IMG/VR virus record: IMGVR_UViG_3300047564_002155
Span: 96,001-160,000 of that record
Length of the DNA stretch: 64,000 nucleotides
Reading direction: 5' to 3' (one strand)
DNA from: a virus
Part shown: in pieces, positions 1 to 10,171 of the stretch
How the letters are laid out: the number at the start of each line of letters is the position of its first letter
How positions within the stretch are numbered: position 1 is the first letter of the stretch
The notes under the pieces: generated by a model
Told to the model about the DNA's origin: nothing
The model's database searches: none
What the model saw: the letters and a program-made list of their open reading frames with translations, nothing else
Translations under genes and position numbers: made by a program

Positions 1-1
1 T

Positions 2-169
2 TATCAATTTGAAACTATTGCAGATTTAGGTCAAGATAGAATAACCAAAGCCGAAATTACTCTACAAGTAAAAGCATACCTATTGCCAGAATTCGCTGGA
101 ATTAAAAACAATACCAGAAAAACATTTTCAGTTGGTAAAATTATATGGAATGAAAGTTACGACCTGTAA
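2..169 (+). CDS. 3' end of upstream gene (partial), possibly tail terminator/sheath stabiliser (gp15-like)
   Basis: Open frame 2 reads YQFETIADLGQDRITKAEITLQVKAYLLPEF...ESYDL* to TAA at 167-169. It lies just upstream of the sheath gene. The function is inferred from position only. Confidence 0.4.
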   Translation, partial: YQFETIADLGQDRITKAEITLQVKAYLLPEFAGIKNNTRKTFSVGKIIWNESYDL

Positions 170-174
170 TTCTA

Positions 175-182
175 TATTTATA
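175..182 (+). promoter_or_regulatory. Putative late-promoter motif TATTTATA
   Basis: TA(T/C)TTAT(A) recurs upstream of structural/late genes at 175, 509, 2918, 3503, 4888, 14717, 43619 and 57846. The 19-nt TTCTATATTTATACTATAT is identical at 170-188 and 4883-4901. Confidence 0.6.
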
Positions 183-203
183 CTATATTAAAGAGATTTT
201 ATT

Positions 204-482
204 ATGGAAAAAACAGTTATATCACTTACCGAAGAAGAAGTAACAAAGATAAATGTGTTACAATCGGGTATCTTACAATCACTTGCTAGATTAGGCGAAA
301 TTGAAATAGAGAAGCTTGAACTTGAGAGTGTTTATAAGTCTTTGAACGAAGAAACCGACCAACTCATAAGTCGTTACAACACTTTAAAAGAAAATGAAGG
401 AAAACTCGCACAAGAATTAAAACAAAAGTATGGCGAGGGTGGGGTAGATTTAGAAAACAATACTTTCGTTCCTAAACAATAA
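204..482 (+). CDS. Small coiled-coil hypothetical protein
   Basis: 92-aa ORF, E/L/K-rich heptads, downstream of a late motif. Confidence 0.7.
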   Translation: MEKTVISLTEEEVTKINVLQSGILQSLARLGEIEIEKLELESVYKSLNEETDQLISRYNTLKENEGKLAQELKQKYGEGGVDLENNTFVPKQ

Positions 483-557
483 TTATTGTGTTTCCCTAAT
501 TTTCTTGGTATTTATTAGTAAGGAAAATTCCAAAAATAGAACATTAGGAGAAAAATA

Positions 558-2903
558 ATGGCTGAAAGAATTGTTAGTCCAGGTGTCTTCACAAGAGAAA
601 AAGACCTCTCATTCTTACCTGCGGGTATTGCTGAGATTGGTGGTGCTCTTATCGGACAAACTATCAAGGGTCCTGCATTCGTTCCAACGAGAGTAGAATC
701 ATTTAACGAGTTTCAACAAAAATTTGGTGGTTTGACCGAAGATTCATATCTTCCTTACACCGCACAATCATACTTACAAGACGCTTCAAACGCAACTATC
801 GTTAGAGTATTGGGTTCCGCTGGTTATACCGCACAACCAATCGCGTTGGTAGTTTCGGGTGCTGCTGGTCAAAAAGTAGCTGCTGTGTTACACCCAACCA
901 CGACTACATTTGGTGGGGATTATGTAGGTTCATCACTTTCGGTTGTAGGTGCAAGTGGATTAAATACCGCTTCATTATTCCTTTTGAATTTAACAGGTAG
1001 TTCTATCCCAGCTAATACAACGGTAAGTGCTTCTTTAAATCCAAGTTCAGAAAATTACTTTACAAAAGCTTACGGATATGCTCCTAAATCTACAAAGGCT
1101 GCATACACCTATATGAATTTTTCTACATTTCAGTCAGCATCTTTTGCAGCTTCAAATTCATCTTCAATAACTTTTGTAACCGCTTCAGTTGATTTAACGA
1201 ACGAATATTCACACGCATCAACTCCGTACATTAAATCACAAAAAGTTGGTGGTGTAGCTACGAACTTATTCAAAGTTCACACCCTTTCACACGGTAATGC
1301 TACAAACTACGAGTTTAAAGTTGGTATCCGTGATATCAAACCCGCTTCTGAAGTTCCAGGTTCTGAATACGGAACATTCACTTTACAAGTTCGTAGAGTA
1401 GATACTGCAAAAGTTCCTTACTCTATTTTTGGAACAAATGTCCAAGACGCAGACACACGACCAAACATCGTAGAAGAGTTTACAGGTCTTAACCTTGACC
1501 CAAATTCACCAAATTACATCGCAAGAGTAATTGGTGACCAATACATTACGGTTGATGCAAATGGTAAATTATCAACAAATGGTGATTATCCCAACGCATC
1601 TGCTCACATCCGTGTTGAAATGGAAGCTGATGTAACAAATGGTGCTATTGACCCATCTTTAGTTCCTTTTGGATTCGGTGCTTTAACAAACCCACTTAAT
1701 AGTTCATATACTTTGCCAGACCCATCTTATGTTGTATCTCAATCTTTAGGTGGTGTAGTAAATACTAAAGTATTCCTTGGATACGATTACGACTTTAGTA
1801 CAACTGACAATTTGAACTTCTTATTACCACTTGGTTCTACAACTGTTGTTGGTTCTGACTTTGATTTGGCTACTTGTCACTCAAATGGTTCTACAATCTC
1901 TTTAACATCTGATGTAGATGCTAAAAAATTCATCGTACCTTTCCAAGGTGGTTTTGATGGTTGGGAACCAAACCGAGTAATTCTTACCGGTAATTCTATT
2001 GTTGCTGGTAACACTCAAGGTTTAGATTGTTCTTCCGCTACCGCTGCTGGTACGGTTGCAGTAAGAAAAGCTATCAACGCAATTTCAAACCCTGATGAAT
2101 TTGACATCAATATGGTTGTTCTTCCGGGTATTTTACATAGATTACACTCATCAGTAACCACATTCGCTAAAGATATGTGTGAAGATAGACAAGATTGTTT
2201 CTATGTAATGGACGCTGGTGAATATGGTAATTCAAACGCTACGGTTGTAAACGCTTTAACTTCGTTTGACTCTAACTATGTTGCTACTTACCATCCTTGG
2301 GTTAAAATCCTTGATACTGACAAAAACAAGCCAGTATGGGTTCCGCCAAGTGTTGTTCTTCCTGGCGTGATTGCTTTCAACGATTCAGTTGCTGCTGAAT
2401 GGTACGCTCCCGCAGGTTTGAATCGTGGTGGTTTGACTGATGTAATTGAAGTTAAGACTCGTTTGACTCACGCTGAAAGAGATACACTTTACGAAGGTCG
2501 TGTAAACCCAATCGCTACATTCCCTGGCCAAGGTGCTACGGTATTCGGTCAAAAGACCTTACAAGCTAGACCATCCGCTTTGGATAGAATTAATGTAAGA
2601 AGATTGTTGATTGCTGTTAAGAAATACATCGCATCTTCTACAAGATACTTGGTATTTGAACAAAACACCGCTGCTACAAGAAACCGCTTCTTGTCAATCG
2701 TAAACCCATACTTGGAATCAATCCAACAAAGAAATGGTCTTTACGCTTTCCGTGTGGTAATGGATGAAACTAATAATACTCCAGATGTAATTGATAGAAA
2801 CATCTTGGTAGGTGAAATTTACTTACAACCTACAAAGACTGCTGAATTTATTGTCTTGGATTTCAACATTCTTCCTACGGGTGCTGCATTCCCTGGAGCA
2901 TAA
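558..2903 (+). CDS. Tail sheath protein (T4 gp18-like)
   Basis: N-terminal SPGVFTREKD. C-terminal sheath motifs WYAPAGLNRG, NPIATFPGQG..VFGQKTLQ, DRINVRRLL, FEQN, LQPTKTAEFI. AGGAG 7 nt upstream. Confidence 0.97.
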   Translation: MAERIVSPGVFTREKDLSFLPAGIAEIGGALIGQTIKGPAFVPTRVESFNEFQQKFGGLTEDSYLPYTAQSYLQDASNATIVRVLGSAGYTAQPIALVVSGAAGQKVAAVLHPTTTTFGGDYVGSSLSVVGASGLNTASLFLLNLTGSSIPANTTVSASLNPSSENYFTKAYGYAPKSTKAAYTYMNFSTFQSASFAASNSSSITFVTASVDLTNEYSHASTPYIKSQKVGGVATNLFKVHTLSHGNATNYEFKVGIRDIKPASEVPGSEYGTFTLQVRRVDTAKVPYSIFGTNVQDADTRPNIVEEFTGLNLDPNSPNYIARVIGDQYITVDANGKLSTNGDYPNASAHIRVEMEADVTNGAIDPSLVPFGFGALTNPLNSSYTLPDPSYVVSQSLGGVVNTKVFLGYDYDFSTTDNLNFLLPLGSTTVVGSDFDLATCHSNGSTISLTSDVDAKKFIVPFQGGFDGWEPNRVILTGNSIVAGNTQGLDCSSATAAGTVAVRKAINAISNPDEFDINMVVLPGILHRLHSSVTTFAKDMCEDRQDCFYVMDAGEYGNSNATVVNALTSFDSNYVATYHPWVKILDTDKNKPVWVPPSVVLPGVIAFNDSVAAEWYAPAGLNRGGLTDVIEVKTRLTHAERDTLYEGRVNPIATFPGQGATVFGQKTLQARPSALDRINVRRLLIAVKKYIASSTRYLVFEQNTAATRNRFLSIVNPYLESIQQRNGLYAFRVVMDETNNTPDVIDRNILVGEIYLQPTKTAEFIVLDFNILPTGAAFPGA

Positions 2904-2946
2904 TTTGAAGAATGATATATTTATAAGAAAGATTAGGAGAATTTAA

Positions 2947-3435
2947 ATGGCAAATTTACTCACACCGCAGGAGATAATGTTTACGAACTTTGAACCTAAA
3001 ATGTCAAACAGGTTCATTATGTATATTGAAGGAATTCCAGCATATCTCATCAAAGCGGCTAACCGCCCTGAAATTCAGAATGGTAAAGTGACTATTGACC
3101 ATATCAACACTCGTAGATATGTAAAAGGTCGTTCTGAATGGCAAGATTTAACCATCAGTTTGTATGACGCAGTTGTTCCATCTGCGGCTCAAGCTGTAAT
3201 GGAGTGGGTTCGTTTGACTCACGAATCGGTAACAGGTCGTGATGGTTATTCAGATTTCTACAAAAAAGACATCGTGTTTAACTCATTAGGTCCGGTTGGT
3301 GATAAAGTTGAAGAATGGACATTGAAAGGTGCTTTTATTCAGACTGCAAAATTTTCTGATATGGATTACACCGGTGAAGATTTGGCTACTGTAGATTTAA
3401 CATTGACTTACGATTACGCTATCTTACAATACTAA
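2947..3435 (+). CDS. Tail tube protein (T4 gp19-like)
   Basis: 162 aa directly after the sheath. Motifs FEPK..NRF, YVKGRSEWQDLTI.LYD, EEWTLKGAF, LTLTYDYA. Confidence 0.93.
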   Translation: MANLLTPQEIMFTNFEPKMSNRFIMYIEGIPAYLIKAANRPEIQNGKVTIDHINTRRYVKGRSEWQDLTISLYDAVVPSAAQAVMEWVRLTHESVTGRDGYSDFYKKDIVFNSLGPVGDKVEEWTLKGAFIQTAKFSDMDYTGEDLATVDLTLTYDYAILQY

Positions 3436-3454
3436 TTTAGGATTGAAAAATGAG

Positions 3455-3482
3455 AAACCCCACTTCGGTGGGGTTTTTTTGT
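3455..3482 (+). terminator. Rho-independent terminator
   Basis: AAACCCCAC-TTCG-GTGGGGTTT stem with a C(UUCG)G tetraloop, followed by a T tract, after the tube gene. Confidence 0.92.
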
Positions 3483-3536
3483 TTTAAAAAGTTTTATTTT
3501 GATATTTATACATAGTTTAATTAAACGGAGACTAAA

Positions 3537-3776
3537 ATGATTAATATCGTTAGAAACAGAGATACCAAAATCGTATATGCTGTTGTAGGTGAGGGTAATT
3601 TGGTTATTACCGAAGGTACTACTACATATGATGGTGATATTTTTACAATTGATTCAGAATTTCCATATACTTGGGAATTTGGATATGAATGTGTTCAAGC
3701 AGAAGTTGAAGTACCTGAAGAATGGCACGGTTCAAAATACATTTTTGATAATGGAACTTGGACACTTGTAGTATAA
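3537..3776 (+). CDS. Hypothetical protein
   Basis: 79-aa ORF with GGAG and a late motif upstream. Confidence 0.65.
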   Translation: MINIVRNRDTKIVYAVVGEGNLVITEGTTTYDGDIFTIDSEFPYTWEFGYECVQAEVEVPEEWHGSKYIFDNGTWTLVV

Positions 3777-3792
3777 TAAAAAAGAATAAGTT

Positions 3793-4659
3793 ATGACTCA
3801 AAATTTAAATGATGACTACTCAAACGAAAATGTAGTTGACCAATTAAGAAAAGAACACGAAATTAAGGAACTAAAAAACTATCAGTTTCCAACTGAAGTT
3901 ATTGAACTACCATCTCGTGGTCTAATATACCCTTCAGACAATCCGCTTTCAAGTGGTAAGGTTGAAATGAAATATATGACTGCAAAAGAAGAAGATATTC
4001 TTACAACACAATCGTATATTAAGGATGGTTCAGTTCTTGACCGATTATTTCAATCACTTATTGTTTCTAATGGTAATGGTCAACCTATTAAGTATGTTGA
4101 TTTGGTTACGGGCGACAAAAACGCAATTATGATTGCTGCTCGTGTATTGGGATATGGTAAAGACTACCAGGTAGAAGTAAACGACCCATTTACAGGCAAA
4201 AAGCAAAAAGAAACTATTGACCTTACTCAATTTGATAACAAACCATACGATGGCTCTGCTCAAGTAGCACCCCATACCAATGAGTTTGAATTTACCTTAC
4301 CTCGTTCTCAAAGAGCCGTAACCTTTATGGCTATGACTGAATCAAAAGAGCGTAGAGTAAAACACCAAGTTGAGGAGTTGAATAAAGCAAATCGTAAATT
4401 GAAGGATGAAACATCACGAGAACTTACGACTCGTTTAAAAACGATGATTCTTTCAGTTGATGGTGAAACTGATAGTAGAGTAATCAGTCAATTTGTAGAT
4501 AATGAATTATTTGCAGTTGACTCAAAAGCATTAAGAAACTATATCAACGAAGTTGTCCCTGATATTGACCTTAATTGGGAATTCATTTCAGAGGAAACGG
4601 GGGAAAGGAGGGAGATGATTCTACCGATGGATGTGACCTTTTTTTGGCCTAACTCCTGA
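3793..4659 (+). CDS. Baseplate hub assembly / tail assembly chaperone (T4 gp26-like)
   Basis: Motifs IELPSRG..Y, MTAKEEDIL, DKNAIMIAARVLGYG and terminal FFWP. Lies between tube and tape measure. Confidence 0.85.
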   Translation: MTQNLNDDYSNENVVDQLRKEHEIKELKNYQFPTEVIELPSRGLIYPSDNPLSSGKVEMKYMTAKEEDILTTQSYIKDGSVLDRLFQSLIVSNGNGQPIKYVDLVTGDKNAIMIAARVLGYGKDYQVEVNDPFTGKKQKETIDLTQFDNKPYDGSAQVAPHTNEFEFTLPRSQRAVTFMAMTESKERRVKHQVEELNKANRKLKDETSRELTTRLKTMILSVDGETDSRVISQFVDNELFAVDSKALRNYINEVVPDIDLNWEFISEETGERREMILPMDVTFFWPNS

Positions 4660-4855
4660 ATATAGAAAACATCTTCATACTCACATTTTTGAATTGATAT
4701 ACCACGGAAATGGTGGATTTAATTTTAATGATGTTTACAATATGCCGGTTTGGGCCAGATTGTTTTATATTGGTAAAATAATTGAGTTTAAACAGCAAGA
4801 AAAGCAAGCTCACGACAAAGAAGCTGCTAAAATTCGTTCAAAAACAAGAAGATAA
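4637..4855 (+). CDS. gp51-like extension without its own good start; probable programmed-frameshift product of the gp26-like gene
   Basis: The +1 frame is open only from 4637 (TGA at 4634-4636) and reads FFGLTPEYRKHLHTHIFELIYHGNGGFNFNDVYNMPVWARLFYI...TRR*. It overlaps the T7 run at 4639-4645. Confidence 0.75.
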   Translation, partial: PFFGLTPEYRKHLHTHIFELIYHGNGGFNFNDVYNMPVWARLFYIGKIIEFKQQEKQAHDKEAAKIRSKTRR

Positions 4856-4856
4856 G

Positions 4857-4884
4857 GAATACCCGACACATTTGTTGGGTATTT
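4857..4884 (+). terminator. Hairpin, probable terminator
   Basis: AATACCCGACA-CATT-TGTTGGGTATT stem (one G-U) immediately after the TAA at 4853-4855. Confidence 0.55.
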
Positions 4885-4917
4885 CTATATTTATACTATA
4901 TGATTAGAGGGAAAACT

Positions 4918-5124
4918 ATGAAATCACAAAAAATAGAAACCATTATTGAATCACTTCACAAAAGAGGTATGACCGAAGGTGGTATCCGTGATTTTTTAAA
5001 AAAGATTCAACTAGCTATCAAGACAAAACAACTTGATAAATTGACCAATGACCCTGAATATCAAAAAATCATAAAGCAATATAACATTAAGCCGGTTGAT
5101 TGGACTAAAAACTACGACTATTGA
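4918..5124 (+). CDS. Hypothetical protein
   Basis: Short ORF after a late motif. The ATG at 4918 is preceded by GAGGG; an alternative start is 4900. Confidence 0.6.
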   Translation: MKSQKIETIIESLHKRGMTEGGIRDFLKKIQLAIKTKQLDKLTNDPEYQKIIKQYNIKPVDWTKNYDY

Positions 5125-5138
5125 GTTTAAAGGTATAA

Positions 5139-7286
5139 ATGGCCAATAAAGATACTCAAGATAGAATAAACGCCTTACGACAAGAGGAACAACTTCAGCG
5201 TAATCTTCAGACTATGCTGAATGACAGACTTACGACCTCTGGTAAGTTAACCAAAGCTCAAGAAGAGCTATCTCAATCTTTATTGCAAACAAGTGACCTT
5301 GAAGATAAGCTTTTAACCATTCAAAACAAAAAGGATGAAATCCTTAAAAAATATAATGGTAATCAAAAAGAATTAGGTAAAAAGTTGTTAGAACAACTTG
5401 AAACTATGGAAGAATACCTAAAAATTGAAAAGAAGCGAAAAGATAAAGCAGATGAAATAAAAGATTTGATAGATGGTACACGAGATAGTCTATTAGAATC
5501 GGTTGGTCTTTCATCTGAAATGTTTAAAAACGGAATCAAGTTTGGTCTTGGTATGATGGTTGCTAAAAAGGCAGCTGATATGGTATCAACCGCATTTGAA
5601 TCTACAGTGGGTCTTGCTAAAGAAATGTATCTCAATATGGGAACTACCGCAGGTGAAGCTGCGAGAGTTGGTGCTGAAGTGACTCAAGCAAGTTTATCTA
5701 TGACCGGACTTTTATATGGGTCTGAAGCGGTTGCCGAAGCTGCAAAGTCAACCGCCGAATACTTTGGAAGCACGCACGTGATTAGTTCAGATATGTTAAA
5801 AAATGTAACTGAATTAGCTGCAATGATGGGTGATGGTGCTGGTGCTGCACAAATGAGCCAGATACTTCAAAGTGCAAGTGGTGATGCTGCAGGAATGACT
5901 GCTGAAATTAAAGAAATTGCCCAAGGTGTGGGTGTTGATGCTTCTGAAGTTTTTAAAGAAATGGGTAAAAATGCTAACTTATTAGTTGGTAAGTCAAAAG
6001 AAGAAATTAAGATACTTGCTAAAAAGACCGCTGAGTTGAAAAAACAAGGTATGTCAATGGATTTAATGAATTCGGTATCAGAAAATATGTTGGATATTGA
6101 GTCTTCGTTAAAAGCCGAAATGAAAGCTCGTGCGTTTGGTATGGATGTAAATACAGCCGCAATGCGTGAAGCTGCTCTTGCATATCAACAAACAGGTGAT
6201 GCTACTGCCTTGAGTAAAGCTTTAGAAGAACAAATCGGAACCGCTGAGGAGTTTGGTAAAATGGGTCCAATGCAGCAAAGAATTTACGCAGATTCTTTGG
6301 GTATGACTGCTGAAGAAATTACTCAAATGTTGACTAAACAAGAAGCCCTAGCTAATCAAATAGAAATACTTGGTGAAGACGGTGCAAACGCATATAACAA
6401 AATAAAAGAAGGCGCTATGGGATTTGGTAGTGCTATGATGGGTGTATTACCCGTTTTAGCTCAATCGGTGGGCCTTATGAAAGGGCTTGGAGTTAAGACC
6501 GAAATATTTGGTGGTATTGGTAAAAAAGGCGGAGCGGCTCCAACCCCAGCACCAGGTGGTGGTGAAAAGAGTGGTGGTATGATGAAGGGTATGACTGATG
6601 CTATATCCAAAATTGATGCTAAAAAATTACTTGCCGGTGGTGCTGCTCTTGTATTAGTTGCAGCTTCAGTATTTGTATTCGCTAAAGCAGTTCAAGAATT
6701 TATGAATGTTTCTTGGGAAGCTGTGGGTATGGCAGTTGTATCTATGTTGGCTCTTGTTGGAGCGCTCGCATTGGTGGGTGCTATAATGATGAGTGGTGTA
6801 GGTGCTGTTGCTATTCTTGCTGGTGCTGCTGCTATGTTGGTAATCGCTGCTGCTTTATTTGTTCTTGGTAAAGCTATCCAAGAAATAGCTACCGGATTTG
6901 GAATGATGGGTGAACTAACCACACAATTAACCGCATTGGTGTTAATTGCTCCGGGTCTGATGGCTTTGGCTGGTATTTTTGGAATGTTGGGTATTGGGTT
7001 AGTAGGTATGAGTGTGGGACTTGCTGCAGTGACTTTATTTCTACCAACTTTATTATTACTCGCAGCTACTTTACCTTTGATTTCATCCGCACTTGGAATG
7101 GGTGGTGGTGATGGTGGTGCTGCTAGTGGTGGTGGAAATGCTAACGACCCATTATTAGAAGAGATTAAAGGTCTCCGAGCAGACATTCAGTCACAACCAA
7201 TAGTTATTAAAGTAAACGACAAGTTAGTCACGGAAATGAGCCGAGCTAATTCTCGTATGGAAACCGTAAGAAGACAACATAGATAA
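5139..7286 (+). CDS. Tail tape measure protein
   Basis: 715 aa, helical and A/E/M/K-rich, with a hydrophobic A/G/L-rich C-terminal region. Follows tube and chaperone. Confidence 0.85.
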   Translation: MANKDTQDRINALRQEEQLQRNLQTMLNDRLTTSGKLTKAQEELSQSLLQTSDLEDKLLTIQNKKDEILKKYNGNQKELGKKLLEQLETMEEYLKIEKKRKDKADEIKDLIDGTRDSLLESVGLSSEMFKNGIKFGLGMMVAKKAADMVSTAFESTVGLAKEMYLNMGTTAGEAARVGAEVTQASLSMTGLLYGSEAVAEAAKSTAEYFGSTHVISSDMLKNVTELAAMMGDGAGAAQMSQILQSASGDAAGMTAEIKEIAQGVGVDASEVFKEMGKNANLLVGKSKEEIKILAKKTAELKKQGMSMDLMNSVSENMLDIESSLKAEMKARAFGMDVNTAAMREAALAYQQTGDATALSKALEEQIGTAEEFGKMGPMQQRIYADSLGMTAEEITQMLTKQEALANQIEILGEDGANAYNKIKEGAMGFGSAMMGVLPVLAQSVGLMKGLGVKTEIFGGIGKKGGAAPTPAPGGGEKSGGMMKGMTDAISKIDAKKLLAGGAALVLVAASVFVFAKAVQEFMNVSWEAVGMAVVSMLALVGALALVGAIMMSGVGAVAILAGAAAMLVIAAALFVLGKAIQEIATGFGMMGELTTQLTALVLIAPGLMALAGIFGMLGIGLVGMSVGLAAVTLFLPTLLLLAATLPLISSALGMGGGDGGAASGGGNANDPLLEEIKGLRADIQSQPIVIKVNDKLVTEMSRANSRMETVRRQHR

Positions 7287-7294
7287 AGGTTGAT

Positions 7295-9865
7295 GTGGCG
7301 TTAATAGATTTAAAATCAGACCTTTCAAAGTGGAGAAAGCCCGTGGAAAAACCTCTGGCTGATAGTCCACGCAAAGAAGTCCCAAAATCAACAAATCAAA
7401 CACCACTTTCAGAACTTATAAATGGAGTTCCAACACCACAACGACCTGGCCAAACCGCAACCAAGTCTGGTGTAACTCCTAAAGCATATAATAATACTGA
7501 AAAGTTCAAAGGTGAAACAAAAACAAAACCTTTAGAACAAACTCAAAAGTTTTTAGGCGAAACAACCCCAACACTAGCATCTCAAGTAGAAAAGTTTAAG
7601 GGTGAAACAAGCCCAACGCTTGCATCTCAAGTGGAAAAATTTAAAGGTGAAACTACACCAACTCTTGCATCACAAGTAGAAAGGTTCAAGGGTGAGACTA
7701 CGCCAAAGTTATATGATAATACCGAAGAGTTCAAAGGTGAAACTACTCCAAAGTTGTATGATAATACTGAAGAATTTAAGGGTGAAACTACACCAACTCT
7801 TGTAAATCAAAATGAAAAGTTTAAAGGTGAAACCACACCAAAGCCATTCACGTTCCAAGAGAGATTTTTAGGTGAAACTGACCCAACTCGTGTAGAACAG
7901 GGTGATAAAGATAAAGGTGAGACTACACCAAGATTATTTACATCCAATAGGTTGCCTGACCTTGAAGACCAAGCAAAGGACTTTGGGGTGGTTGATTTTT
8001 TTACAAACGATAAAGCGGTTGGATTTACTCCAAAAATAAATACCAACTCAAAATTTGTTGGTGTTAATCCTTCAGGAACTATATTTGATACCACAACTTC
8101 AATTCGCTCCCTAAAAGGTAACCCATCTTTGTATAAGATATCCTTACAACTTGATAATGGGTTGCGCAAGAATTACAATGATAGTGTATTAAAAGACACC
8201 TACAATGGTAAAACTAATAAGTCGGGTGGTAATGCTCACGGATTATTAAAAGAAGATTCATTCAATACTTGGATGAGTAAACAGCCATTCATTGTTACAG
8301 GTATTCAAAATGGTAAGGGTAAAGAATTCAATTATGGATTTGGTGGTTTATCATTTATTCGTGGCGGTGCTGTAACCTCAACCACAAGAGCTGCTCTTGA
8401 TGTTGCAAGAATTTCACAATTCCTATTAACTCCTCGTGGTATTGTTTGGGGATTAAAGCAAGTTGGAATGCAGAGAAGTCAAAGGTGGGGTAAGGTTTGG
8501 ACCCCAGCCAATTTATTGGCTACTATTGGTGGACAACATATTGGATTTAGACCCGATAGACAAGGTGTGTATCCAAGTGATGATAGAGGTAGATATCAAC
8601 CATATTTGACTGATATATATAATACTTTCAAATTAACACCAAATCTTGCTGTTTTACCATTACGAGTTGACCTACGAGGTGGATTTGACTCCGTTTATGG
8701 TATTGGTGTAACTACATATAATAGGCAACATAATACATTTTCCGACCCAAATAGACTGGATAACGATGATAAGGCAAACTTTACACAAAAAATAAACCCA
8801 TTTGATGTCAAGTTTCTTCCTACATTTGATTCATATGAAAGAAATTTATCAGAAAATGGTAATCTTGTATCTCAAACCGAAGAACAATCACCAATTCCAA
8901 TTGATGTTAAAAACGAAACAAAAACAAATCTATTAAAGTCGGATGGATTTTATGGTACTCAACCGGATGTTGCTGATTATGAGTTTTTGTCGTATGGTAA
9001 GATTAAGAAAAGAGCTGAAGGTTTTGCAACAACATCACCTACCGATTTTAGAAGTTTGTATGATAAAGGAAACAAAAAAGCACTTTCACAAGACACCGAT
9101 TATGTAAGCGAAAATATTCATTCCATCTATCGTGTACCAAATCCATTGGCTGAAAAAAATCCAAAATATTTGAGTGGTAAAGATTCTACAAAGACATTTT
9201 CCGGTGATACTTCTATTGACCCATTAAACAATACCATATTTAATCAAAGTGGTAGAGTAAATTCTGACCTTGTAACTCTATTCTTTGCATACGATAATAG
9301 AAGTGGAGCTCAAGATAGTTCAAAAATACTTCAGTTCCGTTCAACCATTTCCGGTCTTACTGAAACCTATTCACCATCATATAATCCAATTAAATATCCA
9401 GGTCGTGCTGACCAAGGGTATATGTATGAGTCTTTTGAACGAACACTTACATTCAACTTTAAGGTTTATGCTAACTCACGAAGAGAAATGAAAAATATGT
9501 GGTTAAAAGTGCAAGAACTTGCAAAATTAACCCTACCTGATTATTCAGGTGGACCATACTCCGGACAATTGGTATTTTTCAGATTAGGTGACCTTTGGGG
9601 ACAAGGTGCAAGTGGTATTCCTTCAATTATTACCGCATTGACTTATACTTATAACGATGACCATCCGTGGGATGTAAACTATGATGGTCAATTAGGCGAA
9701 CTTCCAATGGGATTGGATGTAAATATTAGTTTAACTTTACTTCCGGGAACTGCTGCTGGTGGTAGAAGATATGATGTAAATGGACTTGGATTATATTCAT
9801 TTAGTAGTGAATTTGGTTCAACTCCATCACAAGGTTTATCTAAATCTCTTACACCAATTACTTGA
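7295..9865 (+). CDS. Baseplate / tail-tube initiator-like protein with N-terminal 15-aa repeats
   Basis: C-terminal tube-like region (LQFRSTISGLTETYSPSY...YPGRAD..YMYESFERTLTFNFKVY). Follows the tape measure gene. Confidence 0.6.
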   Translation: MALIDLKSDLSKWRKPVEKPLADSPRKEVPKSTNQTPLSELINGVPTPQRPGQTATKSGVTPKAYNNTEKFKGETKTKPLEQTQKFLGETTPTLASQVEKFKGETSPTLASQVEKFKGETTPTLASQVERFKGETTPKLYDNTEEFKGETTPKLYDNTEEFKGETTPTLVNQNEKFKGETTPKPFTFQERFLGETDPTRVEQGDKDKGETTPRLFTSNRLPDLEDQAKDFGVVDFFTNDKAVGFTPKINTNSKFVGVNPSGTIFDTTTSIRSLKGNPSLYKISLQLDNGLRKNYNDSVLKDTYNGKTNKSGGNAHGLLKEDSFNTWMSKQPFIVTGIQNGKGKEFNYGFGGLSFIRGGAVTSTTRAALDVARISQFLLTPRGIVWGLKQVGMQRSQRWGKVWTPANLLATIGGQHIGFRPDRQGVYPSDDRGRYQPYLTDIYNTFKLTPNLAVLPLRVDLRGGFDSVYGIGVTTYNRQHNTFSDPNRLDNDDKANFTQKINPFDVKFLPTFDSYERNLSENGNLVSQTEEQSPIPIDVKNETKTNLLKSDGFYGTQPDVADYEFLSYGKIKKRAEGFATTSPTDFRSLYDKGNKKALSQDTDYVSENIHSIYRVPNPLAEKNPKYLSGKDSTKTFSGDTSIDPLNNTIFNQSGRVNSDLVTLFFAYDNRSGAQDSSKILQFRSTISGLTETYSPSYNPIKYPGRADQGYMYESFERTLTFNFKVYANSRREMKNMWLKVQELAKLTLPDYSGGPYSGQLVFFRLGDLWGQGASGIPSIITALTYTYNDDHPWDVNYDGQLGELPMGLDVNISLTLLPGTAAGGRRYDVNGLGLYSFSSEFGSTPSQGLSKSLTPIT
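7490..7932 (+). repeat. Ten tandem 45-nt (15-aa) coding repeats, consensus KFKGETTPxLxxQxE
   Basis: GET-encoding units recur every 45 nt from 7511 to 7916, with synonymous divergence. Confidence 0.9.
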
Positions 9866-9867
9866 TT

Positions 9868-10167
9868 ATGGAACGATATACTGACATAGAAATTAGAAAA
9901 ACCTCAACAGGTAGAAGGTTTCGTAGGACTGTTCAATATCCTGTGATTGAACCATCATTTGAGGATACATACATCATTGGTATGGAATCGGACCGATTGG
10001 ATAATTTAGCTTGGAAATATTACAAAGATACATCCCTTTGGTGGATTATTGCAAGAGCAAATGGAATTGGTAAGGGTGACTTATCAGTTCCAGTTGGTTC
10101 CCAAATTCGTATTCCTGCAAATCCTTTGGATATCGTAACTAAATTTAACGAACTAAATAGTATATAA
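9868..10167 (+). CDS. LysM-like baseplate wedge protein (gp53-like)
   Basis: DRLDNLAWKYYKDTSLWWIIARANGI...VPVGSQIRIP. Confidence 0.8.
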   Translation: MERYTDIEIRKTSTGRRFRRTVQYPVIEPSFEDTYIIGMESDRLDNLAWKYYKDTSLWWIIARANGIGKGDLSVPVGSQIRIPANPLDIVTKFNELNSI

Positions 10168-10171
10168 AATT

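Noticed and set aside
7490-7932. Regular 45-nt repeats as a CRISPR array
   Set aside because: They are in-frame coding repeats with synonymous variation and no unique spacers
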